Below, piece after piece: positions 23,853-36,587 of a DNA stretch of 64,000 bases. The DNA is taken from assembly GCA_040285825.1 (NCBI GenBank), contig JAUPSS010000004.1, positions 3,452,550 to 3,516,549 of the forward strand, given 5' to 3'. The notes under the pieces are model-generated. The model was not told the origin of the DNA and searched no databases. It saw only the letters and a program-made list of their open reading frames with translations. Source of the DNA: Eukaryota sp. TZLM1-RC. Taxonomy: Eukaryota; Protista; Metamonada: BaSk clade. Numbering within the stretch: position 1 is the first letter of the stretch; every line of letters begins with the position of its first letter. The translations under genes and the position numbers were made by a program.

Positions 23853-26800
23853 ATGATTCGTTCCTTAAAAATGATTGCTTATATGGATGATGTTGTTCTT
23901 TTGCATGACTTAACGATTGTCAGAGAAGCAACTTTATGTTTTAGAGAATAATTCAACAAAATTGGCCTCTGGAATTTACAAAATTGGCAATTACTGAAAT
24001 GTGTTTCACTTTCGAATTCTCCAGTTTCTACAATAGTTGATGGTCTTGAAATTCAAGCAAAATTATACTCAATTGATGCTATTCGTCATTTGGATTCGTG
24101 TTTAGGAAATAATGATGAAATTACCAAAGAATTGTTTGAAAAGTTGAACTAAATTGGGGACAAAATTGACCGAATGATGATTTTAGATATACAAAAACAC
24201 ATCAAATTTACCATTATAAGACTGTGTTTTAGTTCCAACTTTAATCATATATTTCGATCTACAAATCCTCTCGTCATTAGGCCCTTGGCCCAGAAGTTTA
24301 AAGAAATACGTGCGAAAATTTTTTCCCAATTCATGGGATGTAAAATGTTCCAAATTCGAGATCATGCTCATCTTAGTCCACATTATGGCGGTTTAGGTTG
24401 GACAAAGGCTTCTATTCTTACTTCATGTGCTTTTATTGGTGGATACAGGAATGTAATATTTGAGTTTTCGGAAAGATTTGCCGATTGAGAAGATTTATTA
24501 AAACAGAAAGTTCTACTATTTTTAATGAATTAATTTATTGAATTTGCACACTTGATTAAATTAAATCATAACTAATGGGACGACTATCATTAAACCAAGA
24601 TTTCCTCTACAAAATCTTGATTTGCTTGCTGTCTAGCTAAAGCTTCTCTAATTCGATTGAAAAACCGCGGTAATCTATTAATAATGGCAAATTGAATCCG
24701 TGAACGCCATAAAAAAATATCAAATCTTTTCATTGTTTTTTTCTTTCACCATTTTTTTGGAAGTCATCCAAAAAAGTTTCTGCTTCAACTGATAATCTTC
24801 CATTTATCGAAAATGGAAAAGCAATAAAAACCAGCTGTGTATTTCTATCGATATTTGCATCTTCAATTTCTTTATCATATTTTCTATGTTTTTCTTTTGC
24901 TTTAAAATCCAGAGCAGCCACAGGATTAAGTTTTCTTCTGTGAACCAAAGTATCGTTTGCAACATTACATGAGACAAAGTCAACAATAGCTTCAGAATTA
25001 TCAATCCAATCACAGTATACATCACCTCTATCATCAGAACCAAAATTATTCAGAGAAAGTGTTTCTTTCAGCAGGGGCTCTTTGATACACGATATCCTTG
25101 CAGTTTGTGCCATATTGAAAACAGTGTCTCTAACAGCATCATGTAATGAAGAACGATAAGTTATCAATTTAGAGCAATTTAGAGCATGTCGCAAAGTGAG
25201 TTGAGGTGAATTCGAACAAATACATTTTTCTTTTGATAATAATTGGTTAATGGGGATGTTCAAATATAATCTCATTTTTGTTACAAATGCTTCATTAGTA
25301 GCACACAATCCAAATCTTCGTGGTACAATGGTTACAAAAAGTGAAGAATCTGACACCTTGTTTTCACAAACACCCTTTTCCAATAACAATGAGTGAAGAT
25401 CTTGATTTAAAACAGCCGAGCTGCAAATATTATTATAAAGATCTTTTCATACATTCCAGTCAATCTTTTCTGTAATGTTCGAAGAGTGTACTTCAAATTT
25501 AAAACATTTTTTTCTGGAATATTGCCATTGAATGATTGGGGAAAACATCGACCCCATTTTTCTACATCAATTCTTGAAATTTCTTCATTTAATGCAAAAA
25601 CAGTGGAACTTTGCGTTGTCATCAATAAATCTTCCCAATCTGCAAATCTTTCGGAGAACTCAAAGATTGCATTTCTGCATCCACCAACAAAAGCACACGA
25701 GGTAAGAATAGAAGCCTTCGTCCACCCTAAACCACCATATTGTGGACTAAGGTAAGCATGATCTGGAATTTGAAACATTTTACATCCCAGTAATTGAGAC
25801 AGAACTTTTGCACGTAACTCATTAAACTTTTTGAGCCAAAGGTCTAGTGACGAGAGGATTTGTAGATCGAAATATATGATTAAAATTGGAACTAAAACAC
25901 AGTCTTATAATGGTAAATTTGATGTGTTTTTTTATATCTAAATTCATCATTCGGTCAATTTTGTCAGAAATTGAGTTCAACTTTTCAAACAATTTTTTGG
26001 TAATTTCATCATTATTTCCTAAAAACGAACCCAAATGACGAATAGCATCAATTGAATATAATTTGGCTTGAATTTCAATATCATCAATTATTGTGGAAAC
26101 TGGAGAATTCGATAACAAAACACATTTAAGTAAATTAAGTCGGAGACCAATTTTGGTAAATAATTCTTTAAAACATACAGTTGCTTTTTTTCACAATATT
26201 TAATTCACCAATAAGCACAACATCATCCATATATGCAATCATTTTTAGTGAAGGAAACATCTCTTGAATTTGCAGTAGAATAGGATGAATGGCCAAACAA
26301 AACAAAAGAGGTCCTAACGGATCTCCTTGCTTTTACGCCACTTGATGAAATCAAAATGTTGTTACCAAAATGTAAATTAGAATATGTGCAATATGTTGAT
26401 TGAAAATATGGTATTAATTCTGGCATATATTGCAATAGAGCACCATGGATACTGCGACGACTTAGCGAATTGAAAGCATTACTAAAATCCAATGACATGC
26501 AAACATTGGATTCATTTTGACGAAATAAGACATCAGTAGCAAAAATCGCTGAAGAGACTCCATCTGTAGTATTTATACCATATTGAAAGGGTAATAAAAT
26601 CTTTTTAGCTTTTTCATTGAACCTGCTTAAGCAACACGCAGAAAAAATATTATGTAAGCTCTCAGAGACTGCAATAGGACGAACATCCATTTTTGAATTT
26701 TTGACAAGTGCAGTCAAACGAGAACTTCTTAATTCTTCTGGGTACTTGCGTCTACTATTTTTGCATTAAATGAAGAAATTTCAAAAATTGATGTAGAACA

Positions 26801-27820
26801 GTGGAGTCGATGCTTTCCCCAAATCATTCAATGGCAATATTCCAGAAAAAATGTTTTAAATTTGAAGTACACTCTTCGAACATTACAGAAACGATCGACT
26901 AGAATGTATGAAAATAATCTTCATAATAATATATGCAGCTCGGCTGTTTTAAATCAAGATCTTCACTCATTGTTATTGGAAAAGGGTGTTTGCGAAAACA
27001 AGTCATCAGATTCTTCACTTGTTGTAACCATTGTACCAAGAAGATTTGGATTGTGTGCCACTGATGAAGCATTTGTAACAAAATTCAGATTATATTTGAA
27101 TATCCCAATTAATCAATTATTATCAAAAGAAAAATGTATTTGTTCGAATTCACCTCAACTCACTTTGCATCATGCTCTAAATTGCTCTGAATTGATAACT
27201 TATCGTTCTTCAATACATGATGCTGTTAGAGACACTGTTTTTTAGATTGCACGAACTGCATGAATATCGTGTATCAAAGAGCGTCTGCTGGAGGAAACAT
27301 TGTTATTGAATAATTTTGGTTCTGATGATAGAGGTGATGTATATTGTGATCTGATTGATAACTCTGAAACTGTTGTTGACTTTGAATCCTGTAATGTTGC
27401 AAATGACTCTTTGGTTCAAAGAAGAAAATTTAATCTTGTAAATGCTCTTGAATTTAAATCCAAAGAAAAACATAGAAAATATGGCAAACATATTGAAGAA
27501 GCTAATGCTGATAAAAATAGACTACTTGTTAATGTGGCTTTCCCATTTTCGATAAACAGAAGACTTTCATAAGTAGCAGGAACTATATTGAACGATTTCC
27601 AAAAAATGGTTCAAGAAAAACAATGAAAAGATTTGATATGTTTTATAACTCTCTCAAATTCAATTTGCCATAATTAATAGATTGCCTCGGTTTTTCAATC
27701 GAATTAGAGAAGCTTTAGCTAGACAGCAAGCAGATCATGATTCTGCAGAGAAAATCTTGGTTCAATGAATTTCGTCCCGTTAGTTCTGAGTTTATGTTGT
27801 TAAGTGTGGAAGTTCAATTA
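23853..27820 (+). mobile_element. Older, decayed family B element (23853-24523 and 26751-27820) split by a younger antiparallel family B copy
   Basis: AYMDD at ~23,880; sequence is continuous with the family B consensus once 24524-26750 and one TSD copy are removed. Confidence 0.85.
24524..26750 (-). mobile_element. Younger 5'-truncated family B element (RT + Zn finger + RLE; a few frameshifts, mostly in homopolymers)
   Basis: VRPIAVSE, LDFSNAFNS, YMDD, HDAVRD; TSD TCTACTATTTTT at 24512-24523 and 26751-26762. Confidence 0.92.
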
Positions 27821-28539
27821 ATATATGTTTTTACAATACATAAAAACAACCTTATTCTGTGTACCTTCAACTTGCTCTCAAATCATTTCAATATTGGTGT
27901 GTCCAAAATAAAGATTGATTAAAATAAAAAGTTTTTGTATATAGATTTATTCAAGTGTCGTTGAAAGTCTTATTAAAATTCAAGAGCTTCAAATGTGTTG
28001 AAACAAGGATGTTTCAGCCCATTACCAATCAGGCAAGTGTCAATCTGTTTAAGATATCCAAAACAACAACTGCAATAATTTCAGACAACCTTGAATTGAT
28101 TATTTCATCAGGTGATTTCATCAATGGCTGGTTCTTTTGTTGTATTTATATTTTTTTTAAAGAATTCATTTGCTGTGGCATTTAAAATAAATAATTATTT
28201 TCAGAGAATTTACTTTCTTGATATCCATATAGGCCATGAAATAATTCAAGAAAAATAGAAATACAAAAAAAATACAGAAACAACAATTAATGTAAATAAA
28301 ATTAAATAAATGAAAATAGTTGGAATGCTGCACAACAGAAATAAAATAAAAACAATCAAAAATATGTATAAAAAAACAAATAATGAATATTATATTTAAA
28401 TATATTAATGACAAAAATAACAGAAAACAAAAGAAACAAACATGTCAAATTCTAAACAATCAAAAAATAGCTTATTAGGAAAATTAAATAAAATTAAAGC
28501 TTGAGATAGTGTAGTAAAGTAATTTTAAATACTACTCAT

Positions 28540-29118
28540 CTAATCATCAATAATTCGACACTGCACAGTGAATTTTGTCTCGAAAAAATGAACAACCTCA
28601 TTGATCCTTTCTGTGAGCTCTGCAGCATCTGCACCAAAATTTAAGTTAAATACAGCAACTGGGCCTGTATGTGGGGAATCAAAAAGACAGTTCAAAATTA
28701 TTTCAGAAAAAGAAAGAAAGTCTTCCTGATTCATGGAGTCATTGCTGGAGATGAGAATTGCTATGGGGCATTGTTGCAGCCGTGGCAAAAGATGATGGAA
28801 TAAGTCCAACGACTTGGGGCTCTGTGAAAAGGAAATGAAAAAAACAGCTCCATGTGACTTGGACGAATAGTTTTCCCAAGTTTCTATGTAGGAAGGATCA
28901 CCAGGAAGGTCCCAGAGACGTAGAGAGAGCTTAGAAGAGGAGAGAGGAAGAACGTGTATGTTGAGTCCATAAGACGGTGTTGTTTGCGATGGTGGTCTTG
29001 ACGGATGTTTAAGCCGTTGTAAGAACAGTGACTTACCTGATGAACGATGTCCTAATAAAATGACATTACATTGAACTGGTGCAAGGAGTCTAGAGAGCTG
29101 GTTAACAAGGGATATCAT
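28540..29118 (-). CDS. Divergent ARF-like small GTPase, 192 aa
   Basis: P-loop GHRSSGKS, PSYGLN, LWDLPG, W..Y; G4 NKxD not recognisable. Confidence 0.75.
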   Translation of the reverse strand: MISLVNQLSRLLAPVQCNVILLGHRSSGKSLFLQRLKHPSRPPSQTTPSYGLNIHVLPLSSSKLSLRLWDLPGDPSYIETWENYSSKSHGAVFFISFSQSPKSLDLFHHLLPRLQQCPIAILISSNDSMNQEDFLSFSEIILNCLFDSPHTGPVAVFNLNFGADAAELTERINEVVHFFETKFTVQCRIIDD

Positions 29119-29229
29119 GTAGTAGAATAGTCATAGATTGACACCACAAGGAATGAACAGCAAATATTGTGTAAAAACTTCATCTTCTGGCTATTTGGAT
29201 AATCTTCTTTTAATTGATCTTACACACTT

Positions 29230-29885
29230 AACAAAATAAACTCATAACTAATGGGACGAAATTCATTGAATAATTGGATAATATTTGATAGATATTGTAT
29301 GCATTACAAAATTTTCTGGAGAAAATGAAAATTGAACTTGATTCCATTTTTCTTCAGATTGATTTGCGACATTACATCTTCTGCTTTAATAACTACAATT
29401 TCTCAAATCTATGGTTGTCTATTAAATGACTCTGCCTGGACTTTGACTATGAGACTTCGTTTCTTCATCGATAATTTAGCTTATAATTTAATTTGTAAAT
29501 GTAGTCGAAAAATTCCTATTACTCATTTATTAAATTGCAAACGTTTTATTATTTCTCGAAGCAAGGTTCATGACGGTAAAGGAGATTAAGTATATTGTAT
29601 GTGCAAGTCTGATAGAATTGAATCTTTTATGGTTCCTCCATTCCCAAATCTGCTTGGTCCTGAAGACAACAATCCTGATTCACAACAATAATAGAGGTGA
29701 TGTTGTTTTACCTGAATTAGGTAGGAACTTTTTATATGATATGATTTCTGTTGATCCTTGTAATGTCTCAAATGAAAGAGGATCCAATTCTGAAATTCGA
29801 AATCCTCTTTCTAATTCTGAAAATTTCAAAACCAAAAAATATTGAACCTTTATCCAAATTGTGCATCCAACAACATAGTTATAAA
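29230..29885 (+). mobile_element. Decayed family A fragment (+), preceded by a ~50 bp family B 3' end (-)
   Basis: DSAWTL, CKCSR..HLLNCK, NRGD and VDPCN remnants with stops and frameshifts. Confidence 0.8.
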
Positions 29886-30402
29886 TCTATGCATTAGTAC
29901 CATTAGAAACAATTATCACAAAGATCCAAGGTTTACTGGCATGTTCTTGAACTTCACTTTTCTAACAAATTTGCTGATGTTTTTTGAATACCTCTGGTGA
30001 TTCAAAAGGACATTTATATTGTTCAAAAGTAGGTTTAAGATCTTCAGTATTCATTAGGTCAGTTAAAATGCATAAACCACAGAATTAATCCCTGATATGA
30101 AAAGAATCACGTTTAAAATAGTTGAAGAGCGATAAGAACTAACAAAGAAGATTAAAAGCAATTCATTGTGATGAGATTCTAAATAGAATGCTTATTGTGT
30201 TTATTTAAAACAAGGCAAAATAGGAATTGATGGTCAATTTGCTGCATCCATTTTGTACTAAATTTCAGTTTTTTTATATAACACTATCGATTTCATTGAA
30301 TTGCATGACTAATTTTCTGGAAGAATTTCGCTTTACTTTTCAAGAATTAAAAATTTTAATTTAAAACGTTTTTAATTCTATATAAATGTATATGTTATAA
30401 AC

Positions 30403-31590
30403 ATGCTTCATCTCCCCAATTCCCTTGCTCAACGAGTCCTTTCTTTTTGTTCTGTCAAGGTCCTATTGAAATGTAGACCAGTCTCTTCTTCATTTACCAA
30501 TATCTCCAACTCCATTTTGGGATCTTTATCAATCATAGACGAACTCCAGGAGGGCTTAGCCATCTCTAAACTAGTTCATTTCTGTCCATATTTTACAGAC
30601 CTCACTAGAATCGCTATTGTTTTTACTTCTACTTCAATCGATCTCACCCATCTCTTATCACACTTTACATGTGTTTCTACCATCATTATCTATCGGAACG
30701 ACCCAAACATCAACGTATCATCCCCTTGTCCCATCACTATCCATTTACGCACACTTTCCCATCCCTCTCTCATTATTCCTTACCCTCTTTCTTTTATTAC
30801 TGACTCATCTCCTTTTGTCACCTTTGCTGAATTACTGGTAAACATTCATCTTGATTCTATGTTATTGTCGAACATTTGCCCAAATCATTTGGTGAAAGTT
30901 GTTTATCTTGATGTTTCTGGTTCGATGTGCGGTCCGTCAGTAGAAGCTTTCGAGATTGTTAAGCGTAAGTTTTTTAAATTGAATGTTGTTTATTTATCAG
31001 ATCCAATTTATTTAGAAACTAATATTTCAACTCAAGTAGCGTTATTAAATGATTTTTCTTTTAATGGGATTTTAAATTCCAATGATTTTAGTACTGAAAT
31101 TGTTCAACATGCTACCCATCAGAGCCTTTCCCAAATTGATTGTGTTCAGTCAAGGTTTATTAAATCATTATTACTCTATGACGTTGATTTTGCCAAAGTG
31201 GAATTCAATGTACCAAAATTGAGGTTTTTGCATGTGGAATCTACTGCTCAAGATTCATCAATAATTAGATTTAATAAGAATTACTCAGTTACATGTAATG
31301 TTTTTCCACAATTAACTTATCTTTCTGTTAAAGGAAATCCTAATATTTTTTCGTTAATTCCAATAATTTGCCCGAATTTGAGGTTTTTGAGTTTCATTAG
31401 TACTGATGAAACCCTAATACTTGAATCAATTGAATTTTCCCTTGCTTTTTTGAAAAAATTACAAAAATTCTTTTTATTTCTACAAGAAATACCCAGTGAA
31501 GTCTCAATTAATGATTTAACCGAGGTTTTGAATTACGTAAAAGATCATCATTCCACTTTGGATACAATCACAATTGAGCTTCTGGATTAA
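30403..31590 (+). CDS. F-box protein with degenerate LRR-like C-terminus, 395 aa
   Basis: LP...RVLSF....LLKCRPVSSSF F-box pattern; PKLRFL, FPQLTYL and CPNLRFL repeats. Confidence 0.7.
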   Translation: MLHLPNSLAQRVLSFCSVKVLLKCRPVSSSFTNISNSILGSLSIIDELQEGLAISKLVHFCPYFTDLTRIAIVFTSTSIDLTHLLSHFTCVSTIIIYRNDPNINVSSPCPITIHLRTLSHPSLIIPYPLSFITDSSPFVTFAELLVNIHLDSMLLSNICPNHLVKVVYLDVSGSMCGPSVEAFEIVKRKFFKLNVVYLSDPIYLETNISTQVALLNDFSFNGILNSNDFSTEIVQHATHQSLSQIDCVQSRFIKSLLLYDVDFAKVEFNVPKLRFLHVESTAQDSSIIRFNKNYSVTCNVFPQLTYLSVKGNPNIFSLIPIICPNLRFLSFISTDETLILESIEFSLAFLKKLQKFFLFLQEIPSEVSINDLTEVLNYVKDHHSTLDTITIELLD

Positions 31591-31632
31591 ATAAACCCTC
31601 TTTAATTTTTTTAATAATTAATTTGAATTTGA

Positions 31633-32835
31633 TTATTCCGAACAAAATAATATAGCTTTTGGATAAAGACCCAATTCTTTTAAGGTAAGATTTGGTTGAT
31701 CAAAGACCTGCTTAGGAATAGGCCTGAATAACTTAAACTTGGGTGATTTAGACGGCAAAAATTGAGTAATTAAATCAATAACAACTTGAATAGTATCAAA
31801 ACTCACCATTTTGAGCTTCAGAAAACCATCAATCAATTTTGATTGGTCAAGAAATGTCCATGATGAACTAAACTTTATGTTTACATCAACAAAATCAGAC
31901 ACTGCTGTTTTGCTATTTTCGGAACATAAATTATAAAAAACATTTTCTGGATGTGGTTTTTGTCCATGCTTATCTGAAATTGCTGATTTAACTTCAATAA
32001 TTTTTCCATCTTTGATCACCTGATTAGGCAAGTTGTTGACCAAACGTTCAAGTGTTAAAGGTTTTTGACTCCCAGGTCCATTGACTTCCGTTGACTGTTT
32101 CTCTGCCCAAGATTTGTAGGTTTTATCAGTACAATCAATCAAATCAATCAAAACCCCATTCGGAAAGTCAGTTTTTAACTCTGAAGGAAAGTAAGATTCT
32201 AAAAGATCAAATAACACGTCATCAGCACCAGGACTTCCAAAGACTCGTAATAAACCCCCTCTGAGGGTTAATCCATCCTCAAAGACCATTAATTGAATCG
32301 CATCCGGAGACTTTAATTGACTGATTCTCCCTTTTTGAGCTACTTCTAACGCTGATGATACCTTTTCATTGAGCTTTTCTATAGCAGCACCTAGCTTAGC
32401 CATATTGAGACTTGCTGCTGTCATGACAGGAGCTGATGATCCAACCCAACGAAGGTCGTAGTCCTTGAAGAATTGTTCCATTTCTTGCACTCTCTTGGCT
32501 AGCCTTCTTGCCTCGGATTTATGGTGACAATCAGGGGGGCAAGAAGTTTCAATGAGGTCTGACTTTGAGTGTAGTAGTTCATCTTGAAGCCGACTATTCT
32601 CTGTTGTTAGGGTTTTGATTTTGGATTGTGCTTCAGAAAGCTGATGTTCTGCGGCCTTGAGTCGGGTGGCCATTGAAGTGAGAAGTGAGGCATCAGAGTT
32701 ACTAGAAGATTGTGGTTTCCTCTTTCGGGCTGAAGAAGGTACTCTTGATGACAGATGATTGATGAGAGTTCGATCATCTTCATCTGATTTGCCAAAGAAG
32801 GGAAATGGTTTGCTCTGTTTGTAGAGAGGATGCAT
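31633..32835 (-). CDS. UBXN11: UBXN11-like (coiled coil + SEP + UBX) p97 adaptor, ~400 aa; probable ATG at 32835
   Basis: EMEQFFKDYDLRWVG, DLLESYFPSELK..FPNGV, LPNQVIKDGKIIEV, TLKELGLYP. Confidence 0.85.
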   Translation of the reverse strand: MHPLYKQSKPFPFFGKSDEDDRTLINHLSSRVPSSARKRKPQSSSNSDASLLTSMATRLKAAEHQLSEAQSKIKTLTTENSRLQDELLHSKSDLIETSCPPDCHHKSEARRLAKRVQEMEQFFKDYDLRWVGSSAPVMTAASLNMAKLGAAIEKLNEKVSSALEVAQKGRISQLKSPDAIQLMVFEDGLTLRGGLLRVFGSPGADDVLFDLLESYFPSELKTDFPNGVLIDLIDCTDKTYKSWAEKQSTEVNGPGSQKPLTLERLVNNLPNQVIKDGKIIEVKSAISDKHGQKPHPENVFYNLCSENSKTAVSDFVDVNIKFSSSWTFLDQSKLIDGFLKLKMVSFDTIQVVIDLITQFLPSKSPKFKLFRPIPKQVFDQPNLTLKELGLYPKAILFCSE

Positions 32836-33693
32836 TGATGGGAATATGTATAACCCTGAACCCTTAGATGAGTTTCTTCCAAATAAAATCAAAAGAACGT
32901 CCACTAGTCTGCAAAGCTTCTCCTAGATCATTCGAGAAAGTCAGACCTTCCTTTCCTAAAGTGCTACAAATGTGAATGTCAATTGGAACAAATTGACTAT
33001 TTTTGGTTCGTTCACTAAACAATTGCTTTGACCACTCACCCATTTCAAAGGAATAATCATTTTCAGGATTCTTCCAAGAGCGATACTGTTGTACAATCAA
33101 ATATTTATTATTATTAATATTTTTTTCTCCATCAGACCAAGCATAGTGAATGTCACCTCAGCTTTGACAATGGGTCAATTTTTATATATCGAACATGTTG
33201 ATAAACACATTTGAGTAGATCAAAAATGCAATCAAGAACAATCACGAACAGCGTTGTGATTGATTGATTTCTTTTGTGTGAATTTTCGGCAAGAAAAGTC
33301 AGTAAATTCCTATTCTCAGATTTTGTATTTGACAAACATTGTGGAGGAGGAACATTTATTCTAATTCGCGTAATTGTTGAAAAAACTGGTCGTCTGATAA
33401 CACAAGAGCAAAATGAAGAAGAACCTACCGTTTTCATTGGCTTGAGAAAAGGTGTTCAATAAGCCTGACCTAATTTGCCACCCGTTCAACTCATCATCAG
33501 TTCAATGCATCAAATAAATAAATTAAATAAATTACAACTTTTGCTGCTAGGATTCAAACGGGCTATTGAGGTAGATTCGAAGGGTTAATGTTTTGGTTGT
33601 TTATATAGTGTTGGCAAATTGATTGAGGGGCAAAACAAGTTTACAAACCTTCTATTCATCCAAAGCTCGCATTCTCATTCTGTAACTTACACT

Positions 33694-35427
33694 ATGACCA
33701 GTGAACCCCCGCTCAAAAAGAAACGTCCCTCCGAGAGAGGTAGACTTCGATCCATTTTAATGTCACTTCCCGATTCTCAGCTATATGAGTATTCGTATCC
33801 ACATCCAGCCCCTCTACTATGTTTGGATATAACAACTAAAGGTTTTCTTCTGTCAGCAGATGCCAAAGGTCATGTGGTCTTTTGGCGAAAGAAAGATGAT
33901 GACGGACTAGAACTTATACGTAGTTATCATTGCCACACAACTCCTGTTGTCGATCTACATATTTCTTTTGATGAAGCTTATGCTGTTACGATATCCGATG
34001 AAGACATGTCGATTTGTTTATTCGATGTTGATACATTTGAATTAATTTCTAAAACTGAACTATCATACTATCCATCTAGAGTGGCTTTTCTTCCAGGTAG
34101 TATTTCAAATAGAATACTAGTCTCAGATGCTTCAACACCAAATGTTCATATATACAATGTTCCTTTCAACATTCCATTAGAACCAGTTTCGACGATTACA
34201 CCCCTTCCATCACCTACCTTTGCTGTATGTTGCTCTCCCATATCTCCAGCGATAGTATTTACAGACGAGTTTAGCTATTTTAGCGTGTGGAACGCTGATA
34301 CCCTAAGTCCAGCAGATGCATCACTAGTAGGATGGACTGATATTGAGAACACAGAGGTTACGAAGCTGAGTATCAGAAGGATGATTATTGAGTGGATAGC
34401 ATTTAACAAGAGAGGAGACAAGCTTGCTGTAATGACAACAAGTGGTGTTTTTGTTTTTACCTTTCCTTCTCTCCTTACCATTGCTTCATTCTCTACTTCC
34501 CTCCCGTCTCTTGCTTCCAAGACTGCACAGGAAGAGTCTCTTTTGGTCATTCCCTCTGATGACTGGACCATGCGGTTTGAGAGAGAGCATAAGCTGGTGG
34601 AGCACCGTCCTAGACCTAGTTTCAGGGTATTGTTTGACCATTCAGGGGAATTGGTGGTCTTTACCACTTGCGTCGGCATCCACATTTGTCAGCTAGACCC
34701 AGCTCGTTTGGTGGCGGTGCTTGGGAAGCCAGAGAGCAAGCACAGGTTCTCTACGTTTACGATTTATCAGCAAAATGATCCTGTCATTATTGCTATTGGT
34801 ATAAATGAGTCACGATTGTTCTTATTTACGAATAGGGAGCCAGCAGAGCCAAACCCTCGAGATCCAAATACTATTAGAGATAAACAGTTTGAGATTGAAG
34901 CTGTCAAGGGAGAAATTCCTCATGAGGTTGAGGAAAAGCTGGCGATGTCAGTTCAGCAGACGACAGAGAGGGATTCATCTGAGATTGAATCTGGTTTCTT
35001 TAAAGTGGTGTTAAAGACAGCTGAGGGCGACGTTGTTCTTTCCCTGTTTCCGTCCATGGCCAGTAATCATTTTGGTATCTCTGTTTCCAAGAAATTACTT
35101 GACGGTGTGGTTTTTAATAGGTTTTTAGATAACTTTATTCTTCAAGCCCCCTTGCCAAACGATGATGGAGTTTTGGCATCAGTGAGGAGTAGAGGTAAAC
35201 CTGATGTAGACATATCTCGAACGCTGGGGTTGGATTTCAAGGATCCTTTCAAGCTAGCCTTAGCTAATTCTGATAGGGATGGTGTTGTGGAGGAGTGGTT
35301 TCTAACTTTGTCTCCTGCTGTCCATCTGAATGGTAAACATTTTATTTTTGGGGAAGTTGTGAGTGGAACGGAAGTTTTATCAAAACTTGGACAGGACAGC
35401 AGAATTCTCGAAGCTGAAATTGTGTAA
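33694..35427 (+). CDS. PPWD1: Spliceosome-associated WD40 + cyclophilin protein PPWD1, 577 aa
   Basis: LPDSQLYEYSY, GHVVFW, FDHSG, FTNREP; C-terminal cyclophilin (FNRF..FILQ, LNGKHFIFGEV). Confidence 0.9.
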   Translation: MTSEPPLKKKRPSERGRLRSILMSLPDSQLYEYSYPHPAPLLCLDITTKGFLLSADAKGHVVFWRKKDDDGLELIRSYHCHTTPVVDLHISFDEAYAVTISDEDMSICLFDVDTFELISKTELSYYPSRVAFLPGSISNRILVSDASTPNVHIYNVPFNIPLEPVSTITPLPSPTFAVCCSPISPAIVFTDEFSYFSVWNADTLSPADASLVGWTDIENTEVTKLSIRRMIIEWIAFNKRGDKLAVMTTSGVFVFTFPSLLTIASFSTSLPSLASKTAQEESLLVIPSDDWTMRFEREHKLVEHRPRPSFRVLFDHSGELVVFTTCVGIHICQLDPARLVAVLGKPESKHRFSTFTIYQQNDPVIIAIGINESRLFLFTNREPAEPNPRDPNTIRDKQFEIEAVKGEIPHEVEEKLAMSVQQTTERDSSEIESGFFKVVLKTAEGDVVLSLFPSMASNHFGISVSKKLLDGVVFNRFLDNFILQAPLPNDDGVLASVRSRGKPDVDISRTLGLDFKDPFKLALANSDRDGVVEEWFLTLSPAVHLNGKHFIFGEVVSGTEVLSKLGQDSRILEAEIV

Positions 35428-36587
35428 ATATTTTGTGATAAAAGTTTATAATTCACGTTGAGTTGTATTTTTATTTTGTTACTTTAAGGCAATTTTTAAT
35501 CATCAGTGTATTTAAAGATATATTGTTATTGATATACAACTAATTAATGTACCTCTACAAAATCGTCATCTGCTTGAATTCTTGACATTGCTTCTCCTCT
35601 TTGATGAAAAAACTATTGATCATGGCGAGTTGGATTCGAGAGGGACATAGAAAGACATCAATCTTAGTTATTCATTAATGTTGCTTAATCTATTTTGAGA
35701 AATTTGTCGAATAATACCTAAACTACCGAATAGAACCCCATAATAAAGAGATTTCTTCATTACACTGTTTTATCTAAAAAGGGCAAATTACTTAAAAGCA
35801 ATAACACTATGCAACTACTTGTTCTTCAATACCTTTGGTTTGAAAGCAATGGAAATCTGTTGTCTGGCTTTCTTGGGCGTATCAAAAGAAATTGAGAGAG
35901 AGTATTGAGAACGTGAAGCAGAATGTGGACTCATTGAAAGCAAAGCTTCTAGAATTGTAAAGTTTGAGTTTTTGTCACTGTGTATTTTAAACAACTGATT
36001 TTTTATAAATACTAATATATGCTAAAAATAAAATGAGGCTCTATTCGGCAGTTTGCTTCATTTTTATTGAAAAACAATAAAAACAGGAAAAAATTGCTAA
36101 TTAATAACATAATATATGAAATTTTTTTCCACACAAAAAGTGTATTTATTTATTTTGTATCTTTATAAATATCATTATCACCAGAATACAAACAAATTAC
36201 AATTGAATTTTCACAAGGTCTTAAAAAGGGCAGAACACGTGACTAACAATCGATGGGGAATTTCCCTCCTGTTGTAATTGATGAAAATGATTCAGAAAAT
36301 TAGCTAATAGAGATTTTCTACTGAAATCTAGTTAATATTACATCAATACCAACTACTGAATTCCAATATTGCTCACTTTTACATGGGACAAATGATGTTA
36401 AAACATGCAAATAATTTCTGTTTAAATTGTTTTTTATTTGACAATGTGACACAGTATTTTGATCATAATGTCTACAAAAAATAGTCTTTGTCAAAGATCC
36501 GAAAACACTATCTACAGCATGTGGTATTTCATTTAAAAAGGGTTTATTGATTTTATTAAATTCCAACATGATCACGGAAAATATCAA

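Noticed and set aside
28166-28440. Hydrophobic 82-aa ORF
   Set aside because: Low-complexity T-rich DNA with a non-ATG start; likely spurious or decayed.
32864-33520. Gene made from ORFs 33153-33437 and 32864-33100 (-)
   Set aside because: Needs unexplained frameshifts, has no fitting intron signals and no recognisable domain; at most a pseudogene.
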